Assembly (NCBI RefSeq): GCF_009914755.1
Contig: NC_060933.1
Length of the DNA: 64,000 bases
Source: the human T2T-CHM13v2.0 reference genome, Homo sapiens
Reading direction: 5' to 3' (one strand)
Shown here: positions 25,008 through 41,581 of the stretch, piece by piece
How the letters are laid out: every line of letters starts with the position of its first letter
Numbering within the stretch: the stretch's first letter is position 1
Program-made: the position numbers and the translations under genes
Notes under the pieces: model-generated
What the model saw: only the letters and a program-made list of their open reading frames with translations
Database searches by the model: none
Told to the model about the DNA's origin: nothing

Positions 25008-26569
25008 GAGGAGAAAAGCTTCCCAGACCTGCCCACACCATGGTGTCCAACAGGTGGCTGGGACCCCATGTCCTCCGGTCAGCTCTCACCAGGGCCTCAT
25101 GGGACCTTCCTGCTGGGGGCTGATCTGAAATGCCCTGCTTCTTCAGACGGCTGAGGGTTTCTGCCCACCCAACCTTTGGCAATGCCAGGCGAGACAGGCA
25201 CCTGCAGCCCCACCGTCACTGGCATCCTCTGGGCAGGTGCTCAGCGTTCCTTAGGGCCCAGGAGCAAGCCAGACGCCGCCTTTACTTTTGCAGGCAAAAT
25301 AGAACTTTTTAAACTTCTGCCCATCTCTCTTTTGCACATACAGTATGATAGTCTTGCTAACCTACTGCCAGATGAGTGAATCTGCCTATCACCAAGCAAC
25401 AGGTGCACTGTCCCATGAGAGGGATGGGGGTGGACGTACAGAACTCCAGGGTTCTCTGGGCACCCTCTGGTGCTTCCAGGCCTGTGAATTGGCACAGCAG
25501 GACCACAGACCTCCAAGGTGCCCACCTGGGGGCTCAGAACCCTGGCGGGGAAGGTCAGTGCTATCCCACCGGAGAAGAGACCTAGTCTAGCTGAGCCCCT
25601 GGCCAGCGGCAAGGAGGAAAGGATGAACATCAGCCACGCCTGGCACTGACTGCCACAGCCAGAGCCTCGCCCAGCCCAAGAATGTTTCTGTTCTAAGACT
25701 TTTTTCTTTTTTGTATTTTAGAAATTATCACAGGCAAATGTCACCTTGAAGACCCGGTGGCAGCAAAGTGTGAGCTCAGTGTGGGGCATGAGTGTTCTGA
25801 AGCTGCCAGGGGTGGACTGCAGTGGGTGCCATGGGGGCTGTCATAGCCCTTGGTTCTTGCTATTGCAGGCCACGCTGGCCACGTTTCCACCGCAGTGTCC
25901 TCAGCTCCTCTCTGGAGGGGTCGTCTTTCCACCTAAGCCGCCCTGCCCTGCAGCAGCGGGAAGTGCCAGGAATAAGTGCCCCATGGAAGCATCCCCATCC
26001 CGTGACCGGCTGGAGCTGGTCTAAAACATGGCAGCGCCAGGGACTGAGCCCCAGTTGGTCGCAAGTGGTCACCTTGATGCTGGACCCTTCACCAGTGGCC
26101 TTCCCTGCTAACGTCACCTCCCCAACCCTACTTAGGAGGGTCTCCTGGGACCACCTCCTAAGTAAACCACTTGAGCTTGCATCTGCCTCATCTGCTTCTG
26201 GGGGACTCACACTAGAAAAACAAAATTAATATTTTTTTGTTATATGGAGTGGTGTGATTTGAAATCCTTCTATGGATAATGAATGCTTGCTTATGTCTTT
26301 AAAAAAAATTTTTTTTTTTGAGACAGAGTTTTGCTATGTTGCCCAGGCTGGTCTCAAACTCCTAGGCTCAAGTGATCCTCCCATGTCAGCATCCTGAGGA
26401 GCTGGGACTACAGGTGCGCGCCACCACGCCCGACTCCAGCATCTTTGTTCTCTTAATATTGAGTCCAGACATGGAGTTAGGCAACCGCAGGCATGCAGAT
26501 TACACTCCCCAGCAAGAAGGCTCATCATTGACACACATGCAGACTTAGGCTGTACCAGGCATGTATACC

Positions 26570-26755
26570 AGGGGGGTGCATTGTGAGTAGGTAGGTGTGT
26601 GTGCGGGTGGGAGACTGTGTGTATGTGTGAGAGAGAGCATGTGGCAGTGTGTGTGTAGGTGTGTGTGCATGTGTGAGAGCATGTATAGGTGTGTGTAGGG
26701 GTGTGTGTGTGCGCACATATGTGTGTTCATGTGTGAGATTGTGTGTAGATGTGTG
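26570..26755. repeat. Degenerate (TG)n low-complexity repeat
   Basis: GTGTGT runs. Confidence 0.9.
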
Positions 26756-28861
26756 CCCGTTCCTCACAGCAACCCTGCTGGTGAGTGCTCCTGTGGTCCT
26801 CTCTTTACGAACAAAGAAACAGGTTAAGCACTTTCCGGAAGGCTGGTGACCCACGAGCCCTGTGTCACACTTCTCAGTCTGCCTGGGGCCCTAGCTCTCA
26901 GCCTGGACACTTGGCCCCTGGTGAACAAGTCATGTCGGAGAGAACCCGTCTGGTGCGCCATCTCCAGGATACTTGTGTCCCTTTGTACATATATTTAAAA
27001 ATTCATTTTGAAAGAACAAAAAAATCTCCACTGCCCTCCTTCACATCTGCGATTTCTTGATTTTCAAACACTGAAAGGCTCGTTTTGCTCCTGGAGAGAT
27101 TCTGCTCGGTGCCTCTGCCATGCTTGGGTTGGGAGTGAAAGTTTTCCTGACTTATTTGGGATACTGTCCTCAAATATTTCAGATGTTGGGTGTCTGCGAG
27201 GGTCCCATGGTTATGAGCCATGGGAAGAGGCTTCGTGTGACTCAGTGATTGGAGAGTTTGTGGGTGGAATTGGGGGGTGCTGAGCTTGGAAGGGGAAGCT
27301 GCATGGGGCCAGGGCTCTCGGGAGCAGAAATGGATGATGGTTGGGGCCCACGTCCGCCAGGACAGAGCCTCCCACCTCGAGGGCTGCATTCCCAGGGCTA
27401 CAGGTCCCTGGTCCACCCATCATGAGGTGGCCAGGACATTGGATGGATAGGGCAGATGAATGGACAAACAGCCCAGGCAAGGATGCAGGGAGACCCACAG
27501 CCGCCCATGCCAGGCCCTCCAAGTGGGCAGGAACAGGTTTCCCAGCTTCTTATGTGCCCACCTCCTGTTCCTGCCAGCATCTCCCTGCACCCACGCTCAG
27601 CGCTCTGCAGTCCAATCTCTGTCTTTCCCAAGGAGACCCTCCCCACTGCTTAGATGTGTCAAAAATCCTTTTCCACCAGGTTAATATTTTTACTATTTAC
27701 TTATTTTTTCTTCTTTTTACAAACAGAGATGAGGTATCACTGTGTTTCCCAGGCTGTTCTCGAACACCTGGCCTCAAGTGTCCTTTCTCCTCGGCCTCCC
27801 AAAATGCTTACAGATGTGAGCCACTGCACCTGGCCAATTTCATATATATGTATTTTTTTTAACTTTTTAGGTTTTCTATCCAATAGCAAATAACCAACCA
27901 ATCTTGAATTTTTACACATATCCTAACCTTTCTGGAATCTGCATGGTAGCACAGGGTGAGGGAGATGGCTTACTGCTCACCCATCTTTGTAGGGTGAGGT
28001 CTGCCCTGCCCTCCACATGTGGCCCGTGGACACCCAGGTTGGTTCCGCCTCGGCTCGCCTGGGCCCTGCTGGCCTGGCTCACTTCAGGACCACCCTGTAG
28101 CCTCACCCAAGAATCATGTCCAGGTGGGAGAGGAGGAGATGAGGATGCTGGTCTGGCGGGAGGTGGGCAGTGGTTACTTGGTGTGGCCGGGGGGAGAGGC
28201 GGTCGCTTTGAAGGCTCAGCCCCCAGGAGGCCTGTCCAGCTTGGGTTTGTGGTTCCTGGGGCATGTTTATCACTGCGGTGCAGTGGCCTCTCGTCCCTCA
28301 CTGTGGTCGGCCTCCTCATGTCCCAGCAGCCCCAGTGTCTGCACAGACCATGGCCCCTGGACAAGCCATGGGAAGGCCAGGGTGGGGCCAAGGATCTCGG
28401 AGACCAGGGTCGGCTCTGCCTTGCTCTGGGGGTGATGATGGAGGCGCCAGTGTCCCTCTCTCCAGCGCTCCTCTCTCCAGTGCTGCCACTGAGCCCAGGC
28501 TGCTAAAATGGGGGAGCTTGGAGGATCCCTCTGAGACCCCTGAGGCGGGAGCCCTGCGGTGGCCCCACTGCTGCAGCCCTGACGCCGTGTCCCCGCTCCT
28601 GTCCTCCCCAGTAGCTTTCCAAACGCTCCTGCCCAGGGCCCTGCCTGTCCTAAGCTGAACCTGAGACCTGAGGGCGGCTCTGCAGGAGGCCCCTCCAGGA
28701 CATCACGCAGCCCCTCAGGCCTGTTGGACATCGTGCCTCTTGTGGTTTGGCCCTTGCTAGGTCCAACATCTCCCCAGCTTCCCTTGTGGCTCCCCCTCCC
28801 AGCAGACCTCCCAGGGAGCGGGTGCAAGCCCCTCTGTCCCCACAGATAGGCCTGCCCAGAG

Positions 28862-28995
28862 CTGGGGGAGAAGGACTTTATTTGGAGTCAGGTGGGTGGG
28901 AGCAGGGAAGGGTCATGGCTGGAGGGTAGGTCCAGGTGGTCCAGGCTCTGTGTCTGGTGGTAGGGTGGGCTCTGGAGGTGCAGACCCGGGGGCTG
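28862..28995 (-). other. OBP2B: OBP2B exon 7 (3'UTR)
   Basis: cacag|CAGCCCCC acceptor (tandem CAGCAG) followed by AATAAA. Confidence 0.85.
28877..28882 (-). terminator. OBP2B polyadenylation signal AATAAA
   Basis: TTTATT on + strand at the end of exon 7. Confidence 0.88.
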
Positions 28996-29501
28996 CTGTG
29001 CTGGGAAGAGGAGCAGAGGTCAGGGAGGCTGCAGGGTAGGGCAGAGGCCAGGGCCAGAGCTCCCTCCCCAGGCTCTGCAGCCCCCACATCGGCCACTGCT
29101 GGGCAACCTCGGGGCTCCAGAGCGACCTCAGCTCCTCCAATGACTGGGCAGGCCTCTGAGCATCCTTGGTGGGTGGATGGTGGGGAGTGGACCGCGTGGG
29201 GACAGGTGCAGGGGGCGATGGGCTGAGCTGACACCTGAGGGAGCCGGAGGGAGGCCTCGCTGTGGAAAGGCCGAGGAGGACCCTCACTCGGGCTGGCAGG
29301 TGCAGGAATGATAAAACAAAGGACTTCCCGAATGTCCCAGGAACTGTGGGTGGGCAGACTCTGAGGTGCCAACCTCGTGCCTGACCCTGGGGGGGTCTCC
29401 CTGGCTGTGTGGGATGGGAGGGGCCAGAGCAGATGTACCCTCGAACCCCGGGAACCCAGGACTCTGGGCTTGTCCAGTGCCCTCCTAAAGGCTCACTCAC
29501 C

Positions 29502-29524
29502 CTAGTGTTCGGGAACGCAGCTTC
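29502..29524 (-). CDS. OBP2B: OBP2B exon 6 (stop)
   Basis: ctgcag|GSCVPEH TAG G|gtgagt. Confidence 0.95.
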
Positions 29525-29574
29525 CTGCAGAGACCAAGAAAAACCCAGGGATTAGAAGGCGCCCTAGACCAGGG

Positions 29575-29736
29575 CCCAGACCCCATCGCAGCCCAGAGCT
29601 CAGAGCCCCAGAGCCCATCGCAGCCCAGAGCGCGGAGCCCCAGACCCCATCGCAGCCCAGAGCGCGGAGCCCCAGACCCCATCGCAGCCCAGAGCGCGGA
29701 GCCCCAGACCCCATCGCAGCCCAGAGCACAGAGCCT
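29575..29736. repeat. 32-bp VNTR x5 in OBP2B intron 5
   Basis: ATCG at 29585, 29617, 29649, 29681, 29713. Confidence 0.95.
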
Positions 29737-29898
29737 CCAATGAGGAGGACGCTAAACAGGGCCCGGGAGCCCCTGCGAGGAGACTCGGGGCACACGGGGA
29801 ATGCGGGGGACATGGGAGGACATGGGGGTCATGGGACACTGGAGATAGCAGACAGACACAGCAGAGGGACACAGGGGACTGGGCACAGCCATCCTCAC

Positions 29899-30000
29899 CC
29901 GTCTGCAGGGGCGTGAAAATGTCCTCCTCCGAGAGTCCCTTGCGCTGCACCAATTTCTTAAATTCTTCCAGGGCCTCCCGGTTGGTATCAGAATTCCTAC
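29899..30000 (-). CDS. OBP2B: OBP2B exon 5
   Basis: ctgcag|GRNSDTNREALEEFKKLVQRKGLSEEDIFTPLQT|gtgagg. Confidence 0.96.
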
Positions 30001-30084
30001 CTGCAGGTGAGGTGGCCAGGTGAGCCGACGTGGGGACAGCGGCACGGCCCTGCAGGGAGCAGATGCCGAAAGGAGACGACCACG

Positions 30085-30336
30085 GCCCAGCACCAGGACA
30101 GGGGGAGAGGCCTGAGAGTGGATCAGAGCTCGGGGGTGGGGCTGGGGACAGAGGAGATGGCCACTGCCCAGCACCAGGACAAGGGGAGAGACCCAAGAGT
30201 GGACCAGAGCTCTGGGGTGGGGCCGGGGACAGAAGAGATGGCCATAGCCCAGCACCGGACAAGCAGGAGAGGAGACTTGAGAATGGATGAGAGCTCAGGG
30301 GTGGGACTGGGGACAGAGGAGACAGTCACTGCCCAG
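30085..30336. repeat. 81-bp tandem repeat x3 in OBP2B intron 4
   Basis: GCCCAGCACC at 30085, 30166, 30247. Confidence 0.9.
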
Positions 30337-30809
30337 ATGAGAGGTCCCCAGGAAGGGGGACAGTGGCGGGGACTCTCCAAGCCACTCGGCAACCCCAGGG
30401 GACCTGGGCAGCTCCCAATGCCACCCTGCAGGGTCACAGCCCTCACCTGGAGGGACCTTGTCTCCCAGAGGCACCGGCCACCCTCCTGCCCTGGAGGGTC
30501 CCTGCCCCATGAAGAGCTCTCTTAGGACGCTTAAGGTGACCCTCCCCCTTAAGGTGACCCTCCTACACCCGAGACCCCAGAAGTGGCCCTTGGCAGGTTC
30601 ATGTCACCGAGGGCCATGTCTGTCCCTGCCTGGCCCATCCCATTCCCACTTCAGGTACTTGGACCGGCTGCCCAGCGGTGCCCGGCACATGAAAGCCGGC
30701 ACAGGGGGCTTCCTTTTCCCCCATGCCAGGGCATGGTGGTGCTGGTTCCACCGGCTTCCAGAGGCAGAGACCGTGGGGCAGGACACGCAGACCCCAGCAA
30801 GCCCCTCAC

Positions 30810-30920
30810 CCACAAGCTTTCCCATGTGGAGCAGGCCCCCATGGTGCTGGTCTTTGCAGTAAAAGATGTAGTGGTCCCTCCTGGGCAGCTCCTGCAGGTA
30901 CATGAGCTTCCTGCCCCCAT
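30810..30920 (-). CDS. OBP2B: OBP2B exon 4
   Basis: ctacag|YGGRKLMYLQELPRRDHYIFYCKDQHHGGLLHMGKLV|gtgagg. Confidence 0.96.
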
Positions 30921-31189
30921 CTGTAGATGACAGAGAAAATGGGTCATTCCCAGAGAGAACACTCGGGGCCACATGAAGAAACACTCGGGAATGTTTCAGC
31001 GGTCACCCAGGTGCCCTGGACAGCCTGAGCCAGGCCTGGCTGCTCCGCACAGTGTGGACCCGGACACGGAGGCAGGAGCCTCCTCTCAGGAAGGTCCCAA
31101 TGCAAGTAATGGAGCCACAAGGCCAGAGCACGTCCAGGACTAGAGTCCGGCCTTCCCAGCTCCAGCAGCTGCTCCTGCCCCACTTCCCT

Positions 31190-31460
31190 GTCCCTAACCC
31201 TCATCTTCCCCCTCAGCCTCCCCATCTCTAATCCTCAGCTTCCGCAGCACTAACCCTCGGCCTCCCCATCCCTAACCCTCGGCCTCCTCATCCCTAACCC
31301 TCAGCTTCCCGATCCCTAACCCTTGGCCCCCGTCCCTAACCCTCAGCCTCCCCATCCTTAACCCTCAGCTTCCCCATCCTTAACCCTCAGCTTCCCCATC
31401 CCTAACCCTCAGCCTCCCCGTACCTAATCCTTGGCCTCCTTGTCCCAATCCTCAGCTTCC
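31190..31460. repeat. 22-bp minisatellite (CCCTAACCCTCAGCYTCCCCAT), ~12 copies, with telomere-hexamer core, in OBP2B intron 3
   Basis: TAACCC at 31273, 31295, 31317 (period 22). Confidence 0.9.
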
Positions 31461-31529
31461 TCAATGTGTCAATGGCTAGGGCCTCCCAGAGGGCAGGCGT
31501 GATCTGGTCCATCTCGACTGCGGACAAGC
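31424..31529 (-). other. OBP2B: OBP2B alternative cassette exon (3b), 106 nt, frameshifting
   Basis: gacag|GCTTGTCC...ATTAG|gtacgg; translates CLSAVEMDQITPALWEALAIDTLRKLRIGTRRPRIR, which I recall as the OBP2B beta-isoform insert. Confidence 0.7.
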
Positions 31530-31716
31530 CTGTCACACCCGGTGTCTGATGTCAGGGCCACCAGCCCCCCAGGAAGGAGAGGCCAGCCCCTCCTTGGAGG
31601 TGGGCAGAGCTGGGGCCCTGGCAAAAGGGCAGCCTGGGCACTCTCTACCTGTGGAGGCTGGTGCACTGGGGTTGGCGGTGGGGGAGGGTGGGGGTGGGAG
31701 TGGGGGAGGGGCTCAC

Positions 31717-31787
31717 AGGCGCTGTATTTGCCAGGCTCCTCCGTCTTCCGCATCAGGATTTTCTTCTGGATGCACCTATCCTCCCTC
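31717..31787 (-). CDS. OBP2B: OBP2B exon 3
   Basis: ttccag|..REDRCIQKKILMRKTEEPGKYSA|gtgagc. Confidence 0.96.
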
Positions 31788-32052
31788 CTGGAAAACAGGA
31801 GACACGCGGGCAGCGGCTCCCAGGACACCCATGGCCCATCCTCAGCTCACCTGGTGCATGGCCCTGACCCGGCAACCTGAAAATTCCACTGCCCCCCACC
31901 CCACCGAGCTTCAGGATGCCCAGGCTGTTTCCCTCCAAGGCAGGGGGTGACTCTTCCCAACACCCGAAACGTGGATGGGGCAATGGGCACCAGGTGGATC
32001 TGGGGAGGGGAGCGAAAGTGGCCTGAGGGGCCCTGCAGTGGGCAACACTCAC

Positions 32053-32186
32053 ATGAAGGTGAACGTGGCTTCCAACTTCCCACCGCCCAGGGCTGTCACC
32101 TTCACTGGGGACACCTTCCTGGGCCTCCTGTCCTCCGGAAAGTCCTTATCGACCACCATGGCCTTCACGTACCAGGTCCCTGTGAT
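32053..32186 (-). CDS. OBP2B: OBP2B exon 2
   Basis: ctccag|ITGTWYVKAMVVDKDFPEDRRPRKVSPVKVTALGGGKLEATFTF M|gtgagt; lipocalin GTW motif. Confidence 0.96.
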
Positions 32187-32711
32187 CTGGAGCAGGCCAA
32201 GGCCGTGAGCCCACCATGGGTGGCCCAGATTCTACTCTGACCCTGGCACTCAGGCCTGCAGCTATAACCAGACACCCATGGTGCCCGGCTGCTGCCCTTA
32301 AAGGCAGGCTGTGTTCCTGCACCTTAGTTAGAGCTCAGCTGGAGTGAGTTAGAGCCAGCCCCCTGCTCAGGGCTCCCAGCCCCCAGTGGAAGGAGGGCAT
32401 GTCTGCACCCCATGGACCCCCGGGCCCCAGCACCAGGTGAGCCCTCCCTCCACAGGGCCCAACCCTGCGAGACCTTCGGGCTTCAGGCGTCAGTGCAGCA
32501 GGAACCCCTGAGACGAGCCTGCTCCGGCCCTGGGCCTCGGGGGGCCGTGTCTGCTGGAGGAACAATAGGACCCCTCCACCACCACCCCAGGCTGGGAGCA
32601 CGGGGTCAGAAGCCAGCCTTCAGTGACACCTCCTAAAGCAGGGCCCCTGGCACTGCCCCCTGCCCAGGAGTCCGCCTGGCTCCTCCATCCGCCCACGCCA
32701 ACCCAGCTCAC

Positions 32712-32783
32712 ATCCTCCTCCTCCAGGGTGAAGGACAGGGCAGCGGCCAGGCCGAGCGTGACACCCAGGAACAGGGTCTTCAT
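32712..32783 (-). CDS. OBP2B: OBP2B coding exon 1 (signal peptide)
   Basis: ATG at 32783; MKTLFLGVTLGLAAALSFTLEEED|gtgagc. Confidence 0.96.
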
Positions 32784-32862
32784 CTCCAGAGCTCTGTGCT
32801 GCCGACCTCGGCAGGTCACTGGGCGTCTGAACAAGGCTGTGCTGGCTCCTCTCGAGATGTTC

Positions 32863-32898
32863 TTTATAGCCCCCTGGCCAGTGTCCTGGGAGCACGTG
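32863..32898 (-). promoter_or_regulatory. OBP2B core promoter: TATAAA (32868-32863) and E-box CACGTG (32893-32898)
   Basis: TATAAA 80 nt upstream of the ATG. Confidence 0.8.
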
Positions 32899-34299
32899 GC
32901 ACGGTGCACCCCTCCCCATGGTGGCAACCAGTCCTGCATCCGGGAGGGGGAGTGTCCTCATTGCTGGCATCTGGTGAACAGCAAGTCAGTGCCAGCCAGA
33001 GAAGAAAAGACACACGATGCCATCCAGAGTTTGCACCACCCGAACGCGCCCACTCAGATGAGCCCAGAGGACTCGAGAGGACAGGGCAGGGTGGTGTCCA
33101 TCTGCACCCCAAGCCACAGAGGCAGGGCCCACAGCCTCGGGATACTCCCTCACCAACCCCTGCACCCTCCCAGGGCCACGGCTGGGACCCTGGGCAAGTC
33201 CTCTGGGGAACTGGCCATCTCCCTGCTGAGCAGAAATGGACTGGGCTTTAGAACCAGAGAGACGTGGGGCTGCTGCCAGCTGAGTCCCGCACGCCCTAGA
33301 GCCCAAGCTTCCGCCCACTCTGGGACCCACTCTGCATTGATTTTCCCCACCTGGACCCTGCACTCGAGCTTCCTAGGGGCAGAGGAGGGCACTATTGTGT
33401 GGCTCAGGGTCAGTTTATATACGGCCTCCTCGGGCCATATGAGGGACCCCGCCGCCTCCCCGACCCCGCTTCACTCCGTACCGGAGCCTGGCTGTGCTGT
33501 CCTCAGAACACGCGATCTCTCTGGATTGTCCTGTCCATTTCTTCCTGCACGTATTCATCGACCATCTCCCTGTTAGAATATACATTCCCCTCTCTCGTCA
33601 GCTTTGACGGCCCCCAGCCCCCAGGACAGGCCTTGAATCTCATCCCTTTAGATAAACAAGTCGCATGAGGCACCAAGAGTCACCTGCCAGCCTGTGCTCA
33701 GAGTTCGTGGCTGAGGTCCCTTGGGCACCTGGCTCTGCTGGCCTCATCCCCAGCCAACCTGAGCCAGAACTTTGCCTTCTCCCTCCCGGACCCTGCATTT
33801 CCCAGGTGTGTGTCATCTTCCCTGGGACCCAAGGCTGACCCACGCTCTGCAGGCAGGTGCTGGACCCACACAATGGCATCTTTGTGCCTCTCTGGCCCAA
33901 GATCAGACACTCTCAAGTACTTACTCAATAATACTAATGCACACTCTAATAAACCCTGGGGCTGTAACGAACGGGCTGGTGTGACCCAGTCCCTCACCCC
34001 TCCCACGGCAAGTGCTGCCGAGCAGAAACCCCCCACCCTCATCCCCCCGGGCAGGAAAGAATGGGGCCTGGGCTCTTCAGGACCAGAGATGAGCAAACAG
34101 GCTGGAGTCTCTACATCAACGGGAAGGTTTCTCTGTTCTCTGTGTTTGTTGACTGTACCCCAGGCACCTCGTATTTCATTGGTTGTTTGTGAATCATTGA
34201 TCTAAGCACCTTACAACACTGGTGCTGCTGGCTCAATCCTTGAAGAAAATGCTGGAACGACATGCACAGATGCTTCAGAGAACAGGGCTCTCCCATGAG

Positions 34300-35430
34300 G
34301 TCCACGCTCAGTGCGACGGGTGCTCTCCAGGAGTCTCCCATCATCCACCCATCTTGCCCTGTGTCCCAGTCTCATTCGCCAACTGTGTCCTTTTAGATAC
34401 TGGTTGGGTTCAACTGGTGCAGACACCGTCAGGAGATGGTAGGGCTGGAGGTTGGGGGTCAACCCATGGCAGACATGAGGGGTGAGATCTCTGGCCCCCA
34501 GTGCTTTGTGGCCTGGGGCACTTCTCTGGATGGCTGTGTTCCTTCTGATGGTGGCTCCTGTTGGGCTGCCGCTACCACACAACTTTCTCTCTCACCACTT
34601 CCCTCACGACCCTTTTCTTTGAATCTCACAGTGATCACAGCTTTTCAGGGCTGCTAATTCCTAGGTGCTTCACTGAAGTGGACAGTGTCTGGGCTTTACT
34701 CGACACCTGGGCATAAGAAGGTTTAGATGGCACCACCAAACAAGCACCTAGACCAGAGCATGTGCTGGCTGGGACTGAGGCACGCCAAGAAGGAGCAGAG
34801 TGGGAGCTTACGATGAATCTCAGTTAAGGCTGCAAGACCAACTGCACAGTAGGGACCATCGCCTGTGCCACCAACCACCTATTTTAATTATTTCAGAGAC
34901 GGTGGCTGGCCACCATGCTGAAGCATCAGTTACAAAATGGACTTGATTTGCTGTGTGAGTGGGTCAGTGCAGTGCAAGGGGTGGCTGAAGGCACTGGTGA
35001 CCCACGCTCTCGGCCCACCTGCCACAGTTGTAGATCGTTCCTGGTGCACGGACGTATTCACAGCTTCCCACCTTAAGTGCCTGCACCTTTTCTTCTGTGC
35101 TTCCCCTGACACCGATGAAACCCAGATGTGCAAGTGAATCAGCATCCTCAGTCTGTAGGGATAGTAACTGATGGGATAAATGGTCTGGACTCTTCCTTCT
35201 AAGTGGAACAATCAAATATGGTTCCACCCTATTTCTCAGATGGTCCTCAGAAGGACTGAGTCCCAGTTGCCCACAATGGTAACATCATTAACATATTTTG
35301 TTGGTTTTTCTACCTTCCAAATCTCACTTGATCTCAGACTTCTGGCCACCAGAATGTGAGAAAATAAATTTTTGTTCTAAGCCACCCAGTTGGTAGTATT
35401 TTGTTATAGCAACCCTATAAAAATAATACA
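34300..35430 (+). mobile_element. Old ERVL/MaLR-type fragments, ending in an MLT1-like LTR 3' end (~35335-35430)
   Basis: GACTTCTGGCCACCAGAATGTGAGAAAATAAATTTTTGTT..AAGCCACCCAGT..GTTATAGCA; assignment of the upstream part is tentative. Confidence 0.45.
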
Positions 35431-35434
35431 AACT

Positions 35435-40560
<5,126 letters not shown>

Positions 40561-40877
40561 AAAAAAAAAAAACCTAGAGCCAAAGACTCAGCAACTCCAC
40601 TCAGAAGCATCATTTCAACAGATACACTCCCACACATGAACCAGCAGAAGGGTTCAATTGTTACTTACAAATCTTGGAAATGCCTCAAATTTCCATCAAA
40701 ATAACAATGACTGAATAAAGGTTCATTTTTATGTTTGATTTTTGCAGACTTTCTAGATGCCTCTCATTCTTTGGGGCACAAGGAATACATCGATCAATGA
40801 AACAAATGTCCTGTGCTCGGGGGGCTTATATTCTAGGTGCAGGGGACTTAAAATGAACACAATAAATAAGTGAATTG

Positions 40878-41581
40878 CAGTGCCAGCTATCAATGTCTTG
40901 CCTCCAGCTCCACACGTACCCTTCATGGCCGGTTCCGAGGCAATGGAGCTGGAGCCAGCAGGCGCTTCTCTTGTGCACCTGGTGCAATGCTAAGCTTTGT
41001 TGGTTGAGGCGTAGGGAGAAGCGCCTCCTAGCATGGGTCCAGGATGACTGGTTCCAGATGCTTCCATTTCTTCCTTTTTCTTTCTCTTCCTATGCAAATG
41101 GCAGTGGCACAAGTCGGGGACGTCTGGCGGCACACACCACATTGAATTCAGGGGACCGCCCCCAGATGGCTTCCTATTGAGATTCAGTGGCATCTGCACC
41201 TGTGGGTTCCCAGTGACTCTTGCAGGCTTCCCAGCCCCAGCCCACCTGCCTTGGGTGGGGAGAGAGGCTTCCTGCTTGCCAGACCCAGCCTACATTTCCC
41301 TGCCTGCTGGCCTCTGCCCTGACCGTGGGCCAGCTGTGGCTGGGACAACCCAGCAAACTTCTCCAGCTTCCCTTGGGAGAACCACACCTTCTCCCGTGAG
41401 GTCTGAACCCAGACTTGTGGAAAGGATCCCCACCCCTGTTTATTTCTTCCTTAACTGCCCTCGTGCAATCCTGAGCCATTCTTTGTGGTTCTCTTTAAAC
41501 CTCTAGAGCTGATTGTTCATTGTGCAAGCAATCCCTGTTCAATCTATTGTCTCTGGATCCTGATGGGTCACTGGTTCATAC
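40878..41581 (+). mobile_element. Probable old ERVL LTR (LTR33-like) within L2 remnants
   Basis: Recalled similarity only; L2-like flanks. Confidence 0.35.

Larger units (their letters stand above)
28862..32835 (-). other. OBP2B: OBP2B gene span (odorant-binding protein 2B, lipocalin), 7 exons
   Basis: Spliced CDS 72+134+71+111+102+23 = 513 nt, 170 aa, MKTLFLGVTLGLAAALSFTLEEEDITGTWYVKAM...TGSCVPEH; all introns GT-AG; GRNSDTNRE and PEH are the B-paralog residues as recalled. Confidence 0.96.

Noticed and set aside
31190-31460. True interstitial telomere or fusion site
   Set aside because: Only one to 1.5 TTAGGG per 22-bp unit, no contiguous hexamer array and no head-to-head arrangement
32623-33576. 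317-aa ORF antisense to OBP2B exon 1 and promoter
   Set aside because: GC-rich chance ORF with a non-ATG start and no recognisable homology
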